A DNA stretch of 64,000 nt, taken from positions 21,838 through 85,837 of the forward strand of contig JAGVNU010000030.1 in the NCBI GenBank assembly GCA_020053105.1, read 5' to 3'. The position numbers were made by a program, and so were the translations under genes. This document shows positions 58,141 to 64,000 of this stretch, piece after piece. The notes beneath the pieces are model-generated. The model was given only the letters and a program-made list of their open reading frames with translations. It was not told the origin of the DNA and did not search any database. Source of the DNA: Thermodesulfovibrionia bacterium. Lineage in GTDB: Bacteria > Nitrospirota > Thermodesulfovibrionia > UBA6902. The first letter of the stretch is position 1. Each line of letters opens with the position of its first letter.

Positions 58141-58710
58141 ATGTTAAAAACGCTTTCAGGAGTTTTTCTTTCTCTTCTTCTCATCACTTTTTTTGTATCT
58201 TCTGCCGGCGCTGCTGAATATATCGGGGCAAAGAAATGCAAGGCCTGTCATATGAAACAGTTCAAGTCATGGTCAGAGACGAAAATGGCAAAAAGTTTTG
58301 AGAACCTTAAAGCGGGTGTTAAGGCAGATGAAAAAAAGAAGGCCGGTTTGGACCCTGCCAAAGACTACACAGCCGACAAGAATTGTCTGAGATGTCATAC
58401 CACCGGCTACGGTAAACCAGGTGGTTTTGTAAGTTTGGAAAAGACCCCGGACCTGATTGATGTACAGTGCGAGGCCTGTCATGGTCCCGGAGCTGACTTT
58501 AGTCAGGTCATGAAGAAAGACAAGCAGTTTAAATTAACTGACGTCAAGGGCGCCGGGCTGACAGTTCCTAATGAAAAAGAGAACAACTGTATGGAATGCC
58601 ACGGCGGCGACAGCCCGTTCAATGAAAAAGTTGATGCCAAATACAAGTTTGATATCAAGGACAGGCTCAAAAAGACCCACGAACATTTCCCGCTTAAATA
58701 CGAACACTAA
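58141..58710 (+). CDS. Periplasmic tetraheme cytochrome c (c554-like family)
   Basis: Signal peptide; CKACH, CLRCH, CEACH, CMECH; SD AAAGGAGG. Confidence 0.88.
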   Translation: MLKTLSGVFLSLLLITFFVSSAGAAEYIGAKKCKACHMKQFKSWSETKMAKSFENLKAGVKADEKKKAGLDPAKDYTADKNCLRCHTTGYGKPGGFVSLEKTPDLIDVQCEACHGPGADFSQVMKKDKQFKLTDVKGAGLTVPNEKENNCMECHGGDSPFNEKVDAKYKFDIKDRLKKTHEHFPLKYEH

Positions 58711-58729
58711 GACATATTTTCAAATAATA

Positions 58730-58761
58730 AGAAAGGGAGTCTGATGTCAGACTCCCTTTCT
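58730..58761. terminator. Terminator-like hairpin between convergent genes
   Basis: AGAAAGGGAGTCTGA-TG-TCAGACTCCCTTTCT. Confidence 0.75.
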
Positions 58762-58817
58762 ATATATATTTCGGGAGCGAACTGCATTTCGTCCGAACGC
58801 TTAGACCATAACCACAT

Positions 58818-59561
58818 TTAATTTCTCTTCCTCGCCCTGAAATACGCGCCTTTCGTGAACTTGGAGGTCAAAACCCCTGTTAAACCGGTAAACTCAGCAT
58901 GATCAAAACCTGTGTCCCTCATTTGTTCAACGAGGTCCCGGACCGGGACCGCATCCCCAATTCAGCCGGACCAGCCGTCAAAGCAGGCCACCACCTTTTC
59001 CGGAAGATCGTCATTAAGGACAACGTCAGCGAACTGAAAACAGCCGCCGGGCTTAAGCACCCTGTAAACCTCCCTGAGAGATTTTTCTTTTAAGGGTGAC
59101 AGATAAATCGTCCCGTTTGAAATGATAACGTCAAAGGTATTGTCATTAAATGGGACCGCTTCCAAGGCCGCAGCCTGTATCTCACAGTTTGACAACCCCA
59201 TACTAACAATATTCCTCCGCGCCTTCTCCGCCATTTCCGGGACCAGGTCAATCCCATACACCCGGCCTTCAGGTCCTGTGAAATGACTTGCCGTGACAAC
59301 ATCAAATCCCCCGCCGCATCCTGCATCCAAGACAATATCTCCGTGTCGAACAGGACCCAGACTGAACGGATTACCAACACCGCAAAAGGATTCAATAATG
59401 CCTTCAGGAATAGCTCCGGCACCCTGTAGATCATAACCAAGCATTAACAAGCCTTCCCTGCCGGTGGGATATTTGAACCGGTCCCTTATTGAACATGATA
59501 TTTCCGCGTATTTCCTGCGTACTTTCTCATGGACGTCGTTTGAACTGAGTTTATTTTTCAT
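58818..59561 (-). CDS. ArsM-like SAM methyltransferase selenoprotein (UGA 58962-58964 read as Sec)
   Basis: FCGVGNP, VLDAGCGGG; reads through WSG-U-IGDAVPVRDLVEQMRDTGF...KGAYFRARKRN*. Confidence 0.82.
58934..58950 (-). promoter_or_regulatory. SECIS-like hairpin
   Basis: Minus strand GGTCCCG-GTC-CGGGACC starting 11 nt after the UGA. Confidence 0.7.
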
Positions 59562-59696
59562 AAGTCCAATTCATCCCTTGTTAAGATCATGATGCAATAA
59601 TTTATGAATAGTGCCGGTTAGAGAATATTAGGCAGCGGATATCAAAGCCGGGAGACCAACGCGCATACGCCCTGATTTGTTTTTCATAACAGCAGA

Positions 59697-59990
59697 TTAC
59701 CTGAAGTAATTGCCGCGAACAGTATCTTCACAATCTCCATTAAAGGAGGCCAATCCTGATTTACAGTTTTTGCCGCACTCATAATAACCTTTTTGAAGAG
59801 CATCCTTTGACTTAAGCATTGCCATGCTGGCCGCTTCGCATTTTTCGAGACTCTTAAATTCTCCGGAACTGATGTGTATCAATAAGTTGCCTCTATCAGG
59901 GAACACAAGCCCTTCCCATAAATCTTCGGAAGAACATCCGATAATAATCGACAATACAACCAGATAAAAAGCAATTTTCAGTCTTCGCAT
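59697..59990 (-). CDS. Small Cys-rich lipoprotein
   Basis: Hydrophobic signal plus IIGC lipobox; YECGKNC. Confidence 0.65.
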   Translation of the reverse strand: MRRLKIAFYLVVLSIIIGCSSEDLWEGLVFPDRGNLLIHISSGEFKSLEKCEAASMAMLKSKDALQKGYYECGKNCKSGLASFNGDCEDTVRGNYFR

Positions 59991-60190
59991 CTCTGCCTTC
60001 TCTCCATTGTGGTCTTGAAAAAGTCTCTATACAGACCTAAGACATTATCAACATACCGGTATTTATAATAAATAAAAAGTGCATGAGATTTAAAGTCTTT
60101 ATTGAAAATATATTTCCTTATTGTATCCTTCCCCTCATTTTTCTTATGGCATTTGACACAAAGGCATTTTAGTGCTAAAAAGTATTTATT

Positions 60191-60334
60191 GTGATTTGCA
60201 GAAACTGCCGAACAACACTCAATAGGAAACATCGCAAATGGTGGATGAGGATGTTCATCTTTACCAAACTATACAAGTGTCCGGCGTGTGACAGATCGTA
60301 CTTACAGTTATTCAATTTTTTAATAAGCCTTTAA
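60191..60334 (+). CDS. 47-aa zinc-ribbon-like small protein
   Basis: MICRNCRTTLNRKHRKWWMRMFIFTKLYKCPACDRSYLQLFNFLISL*; weak SD. Confidence 0.5.
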   Translation: MICRNCRTTLNRKHRKWWMRMFIFTKLYKCPACDRSYLQLFNFLISL

Positions 60335-60353
60335 AGGTTTGCTGAATTTCGTG

Positions 60354-61427
60354 TTATACCGTCTTTTCAGGACCCGCCGTGTCCTCACGTTCAGCTTCTT
60401 CGAGGGTATAAATTTCCAATAATGATAAACACAGCGCTGCAATAAGCGGCCCCAGAACAAATCCAAGGAAGCCTAAATAATTGATCCCCCCTAAGACGCT
60501 GAAGAAAACCAAAAGGGTATGCAATTTGGTCCTGCCGCCGATAACAAGTGGCCTGATTACATTATCAATGCTGCCGATCAAAACGGCACTGTACACTATA
60601 AAGCCTATGCCTTTTGCATAACTGGCCGTTAACAGCAGATAAATCCCGGCCGGCACCCATATGGCAGCACACCCTATAACCGGAATAAATGAAAATACCC
60701 CCATTGCGGTCCCCCATAAAACCGGCGAAGGAAGGCCGAAGGCAAAAAAAGCAATTCCACCGAGCACGCCCTGCGCGACCGCAACAGCCAGACCTCCATA
60801 AATTGCCGCAACAACCAGTTCCCTTACGCGCTGTTCAAGCCTGTCTTTTTGTACCTCCGAAAAAGGCAGCAGCCTCTTTATGAAGTTAACAAGCGAATTC
60901 CCGTCTACCAGAAAATAATATGTTGTTAAACAAATCATGAAGAAGTTTACTATGACCATTACTGCATTCGTAAAAAAATCAGTTGTATGCGTCGCGATTA
61001 AGTTCCCGATTGACTTTAAGGAATCAATCGCCCCCTGCCGGAAGTCAAATCCTTCAAATATCTTGAACGAACTGAGCTCGTCAAATAAGGCTTTCAGACT
61101 CGGGTGGTCCTGGATCTGAGTCACTGTTTCAAATCCCTTTTCCTCAATAGCGCTGTAACCATCGGTAATTTCATTCACAAGGGACCCCACAATAAAAGAG
61201 AACGGGCCCAACATTATAATCAGAATAAATATCAGGGTAATCAGGGAAGCCAGCCAGGGTCTTTTTATAAACCTGAGCAGGAAATTATTAAGAGGATAAA
61301 ACGTAATGCTCAGGACCATGGCCCATGCTATTATAATCAGAAACGGGCTGAACACCTTGTATAACAGATAAAACAGGACAACAATGATCGCCAGTGAAAT
61401 TGTTTTATATAGCCATTCCGTTTTCAT
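60354..61427 (-). CDS. AI-2E family transporter
   Basis: Polytopic; IPVIG, IDNVIRP, LGGINYLGFLGFVLGP. Confidence 0.9.
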   Translation of the reverse strand: MKTEWLYKTISLAIIVVLFYLLYKVFSPFLIIIAWAMVLSITFYPLNNFLLRFIKRPWLASLITLIFILIIMLGPFSFIVGSLVNEITDGYSAIEEKGFETVTQIQDHPSLKALFDELSSFKIFEGFDFRQGAIDSLKSIGNLIATHTTDFFTNAVMVIVNFFMICLTTYYFLVDGNSLVNFIKRLLPFSEVQKDRLEQRVRELVVAAIYGGLAVAVAQGVLGGIAFFAFGLPSPVLWGTAMGVFSFIPVIGCAAIWVPAGIYLLLTASYAKGIGFIVYSAVLIGSIDNVIRPLVIGGRTKLHTLLVFFSVLGGINYLGFLGFVLGPLIAALCLSLLEIYTLEEAEREDTAGPEKTV

Positions 61428-61555
61428 AATCAGGGAAGAAATTCAATAGGTATTTTACAGCATTTATAATAAATTGGGTAACTATTGAGGTAATTAAAGA
61501 GTCCGCGCTACCGCAAGAGAGCTTTATCTGATATCTGCGATTTGCAATTACTTGT

Positions 61556-63133
61556 TTACCTGAGAACCCGCCCCGGCGCTTCCCCTGTCAACTTACCATC
61601 CGACAGGACCGGTTTACCATTAATAAAGACATGATGAATCCCTTCCGGTCTTTGGAAGGGGTCCCTGTAATCAGCGGTATCAATTATTTTAGAGGGATCA
61701 AATATCGTGATGTCAGCGAATAAACCCTTTTCAAGAACTCCGCGCCGCCCGATTTGAAAAATCTTCGCAGACAATCCCGTCATCTTATAAACAGCTTCGC
61801 TGAGCGTCAGGACCCCGAGTTCTCTGACATACCGTCCCAGTATCCGTGGAAAGGAGCCAAAGCCCCTGGGATGGGGCATCCCTTTTGCCGTGACGCCGCT
61901 GAAACTCCTGACTGCGCTGTCCGTGCCTATCGCGCAATATGGACGTTTCAGAATGGATTTAAGATTATCTTCATTCATCGTAAAAAAAATGGCCCCGACA
62001 TTTAAACCTTCATCCAGCAAAACATCAAACACGGTCCGCAATTCCGACTTGCTCTGGGCTCCGGCTATTTCAGAAATACTCTTGCCTTCCATCCATCGGT
62101 TGTTTTCCGATCCTACAGAAGATATTACCACTTTTTCCCAATCAGATGACCGGGGATAGTCTTTGAGAATGTCCTGTTCAAGTTCCGCACTCTGGTTCTT
62201 CAATCGGGATATTTCTTTGTTATGTCCTCCTTCAAATGCCCAGGAAGGCAGAACCGTATCGAGGTCCGTGCTTGAGGCTATGTAGGGATATCTGTCGCAA
62301 GTAACTGAGATACCATTGCCACGCGCTTTTTCAATCATATCGAAAACGTTATCGAGCTTATTCCAGTTCTTTTCACCGCTGGTTTTGATATGAGATATAT
62401 GAGCGTGTATTCCTGCTTTATCTGCTATGTCAATGACTTCTTTTACAGATTCAAGGAGTTTGTCTCCTTCACTTCTCATGTGGGTTGTGTAAATACCTTT
62501 ATACTTTGCTGCTTCCTTTGCAAGCCCGATAATTTCAGAAGTGCGTGAATATACGCCCGGAGGATAGATCAGCCCGGTAGAAAGACCTTTTGCACCTTCA
62601 TCCATGGAACTTCGCAGCAGGGCCACCATCTTTGCCATATCAGACTCCGAGAGGGACCGATCCGTATACCCTACAACGGATGCCCTGATATTGCCGTGTC
62701 CTGCAAGCGTTACGAAATTAATGGCCAGTTTCCTTTTTTCCAAAAGCTTGAAGTACTCTGGAAAAGTCCCCCATCTGTCTTTTATATTTATCGCATCTAA
62801 CTCACTCTCCCTCCGTTCAAGCGCCGGCCCGTATAGAGGGGCAGCAGATAAGCCGCAATTGCCGTTTATTTCAGTAGTGACCCCCTGGGATATCTTCCCT
62901 TCTGCCTTACCGTCCGCAAGCAGATTAAATTCGGAATGCGAATGAGCGTCTATAAAACCCGGGCAAACAATAAGTCCTCTGACATTTATAATCCTGTCAG
63001 CATTGACATGTGAAAGATCGCCTATATCCTTTATTAAGTCACCTTCTATGGCAATATCCATGCGCTTCGGAAGAACCTCCGGTGACGACCCGTCAATAAT
63101 AGTTCCGCCCTTAAGTAAATAATCAATGCTCAA
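61556..63133 (-). CDS. N-acyl-D-amino-acid deacylase (D-aminoacylase)
   Basis: PGFIDAHSH, GNCG, STGLIYPPG, HMRSE, HPRGFGSFPR. Confidence 0.93.
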   Translation of the reverse strand: MSIDYLLKGGTIIDGSSPEVLPKRMDIAIEGDLIKDIGDLSHVNADRIINVRGLIVCPGFIDAHSHSEFNLLADGKAEGKISQGVTTEINGNCGLSAAPLYGPALERRESELDAINIKDRWGTFPEYFKLLEKRKLAINFVTLAGHGNIRASVVGYTDRSLSESDMAKMVALLRSSMDEGAKGLSTGLIYPPGVYSRTSEIIGLAKEAAKYKGIYTTHMRSEGDKLLESVKEVIDIADKAGIHAHISHIKTSGEKNWNKLDNVFDMIEKARGNGISVTCDRYPYIASSTDLDTVLPSWAFEGGHNKEISRLKNQSAELEQDILKDYPRSSDWEKVVISSVGSENNRWMEGKSISEIAGAQSKSELRTVFDVLLDEGLNVGAIFFTMNEDNLKSILKRPYCAIGTDSAVRSFSGVTAKGMPHPRGFGSFPRILGRYVRELGVLTLSEAVYKMTGLSAKIFQIGRRGVLEKGLFADITIFDPSKIIDTADYRDPFQRPEGIHHVFINGKPVLSDGKLTGEAPGRVLR

Positions 63134-63738
63134 ATTCTTTCTCCCATATCAGATATCTCTTTCGCCTTTTGCAGACTCCGCTCAAAGAGGGGAGTCAGTA
63201 ATGAAACAGCAAGTCTGACTTTGCCAGCCAGGTTTGTTCCTTCAGACTTTTTAACATCTTTGTATAATTCCAGTGCCTCATCATAAACAATCGGCAACAG
63301 CCGAAGAGTAAGTGACATAGTCAATATAAGCTCCTTGACAAATCCGGATCTTCCGACAGGTCCAAGGAGCCTGCCCATGCCGGAGACCAGATCCTCTGCC
63401 CTGGTTGTAGCAGTTAAAACCTTTGCCCCGAGTATTAATATTACGAGTCTTAAAGTCAGCCGCCCTCCTCTTACAAGGCCATCTTGAGTTACCGGAAAAC
63501 CAAAGATTCTGTAGATTACCGTCCCTTCCTGAAATAGGATATTGCTGACAAAAGTAAATGAAAGAAACAGGCCTATGGGGATTATACCTCGCTTGAGAGT
63601 AGATGCGGGTACTTTATATGCAATGGCTGCAACACAACAGAGTATAATAAGATGCAGCGTATCGGAGTTAATAAAAAAAACTGTTATGACCAGCACTATA
63701 TACAGAACAATCCTGGTCTGGGGACTGAATACTTTCAT
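63130..63738 (-). CDS. ECF transporter T component (EcfT/CbiQ-like)
   Basis: TM helices; LTATT..EDL, LTLRLLP, LLTPLFERSL. Confidence 0.75.
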   Translation of the reverse strand: MKVFSPQTRIVLYIVLVITVFFINSDTLHLIILCCVAAIAYKVPASTLKRGIIPIGLFLSFTFVSNILFQEGTVIYRIFGFPVTQDGLVRGGRLTLRLVILILGAKVLTATTRAEDLVSGMGRLLGPVGRSGFVKELILTMSLTLRLLPIVYDEALELYKDVKKSEGTNLAGKVRLAVSLLTPLFERSLQKAKEISDMGERI

Positions 63739-63798
63739 CCTGCATCCCGCAGAAAAGCAGGCTGCAACCCTTGCAATTGCGAACGTGGAAATTTAATT

Positions 63799-64000
63799 TC
63801 ATCCCCCGGAGACATGCTTTTGAAATGAATCCACAACCAGGTCTGAATGTGAAATATAGGCATCAATTCCTTTAGCTATGGCCTCCGCCACTTTATTTCT
63901 ATAACTGTCCGCAGCAAGTCTCTTTTCTTCCTCATGATTACTTATAAAAGAAATCTCAACAAGAATAGACGGCATCTCAGCTCCCACAAGGACATAAAAC
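63799..64000 (-). CDS. N-acetylmuramoyl-L-alanine amidase, C-terminal part (runs off window)
   Basis: YVLVGAEMPSILVEISFISNHEEEKRL...AEAIAKGI. Confidence 0.88.
   Translation of the reverse strand, partial: FYVLVGAEMPSILVEISFISNHEEEKRLAADSYRNKVAEAIAKGIDAYISHSDLVVDSFQKHVSGG

Noticed and set aside
58141-58710. Cytochrome c554 as evidence of ammonia oxidation
   Set aside because: No hao or cycB neighbours; this tetraheme family is widespread in anaerobes.
59978-60232. 84-aa minus-strand ORF containing CVKCH
   Set aside because: AT-rich, no signal peptide or SD, and overlaps a more convincing plus-strand zinc-ribbon ORF; the heme motif is probably chance.
1-64000. Genome-wide UGA reassignment (alternative genetic code)
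   Set aside because: Many conserved genes (argC, dksA, pckG, lon) end correctly at TGA, so readthrough is site-specific.
1-64000. CRISPR arrays, IS transposases, prophage genes
   Set aside because: No regularly spaced repeats and no transposase, integrase or phage ORFs recognised.

Overview
A 64-kb chromosomal window of moderate GC from an anaerobic Gram-negative bacterium. Gene content and style suggest Nitrospirota/Thermodesulfovibrionia or a related sulfur-cycling lineage (inference only). Most of it is housekeeping: fabG, rplM-rpsI, argCJ, rpoD, nadK, tsaE, nnr, pdxJ, dksA, tRNA-Thr, pckG, trpS, truA, tatD, ilvDBN. Five things stand out. (1) A ~15-kb signalling/proteolysis locus (39.7-54.9 kb) with a Lon protease that carries a receiver domain inside its AAA+ module, a second Lon-REC paralog that looks catalytically dead, two paralogous sensor kinases with a periplasmic CxxC, a sigma54 activator with candidate binding sites, two TauE transporter/USP operons and small 'AAAFAEAGE' proteins. 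(2) Two selenoproteins missed or truncated by the ORF track, each with an in-frame UGA followed by a SECIS-like hairpin: a dual-CxxC small protein (1734-1919) and an ArsM-like methyltransferase (58818-59561) near TIGR04282/04283-type glycosyltransferases. (3) A tandem kinase/pseudokinase-like protein downstream of pckG and a two-component pair. (4) A porin-GT2 synthase-GH26 polysaccharide cassette next to PEP-CTERM genes that have a sigma54-type promoter. (5) A ketosynthase-like gene lacking the catalytic Cys. No CRISPR array, transposase or integrase was seen. All calls come from reading the sequence by eye; no searches were run.
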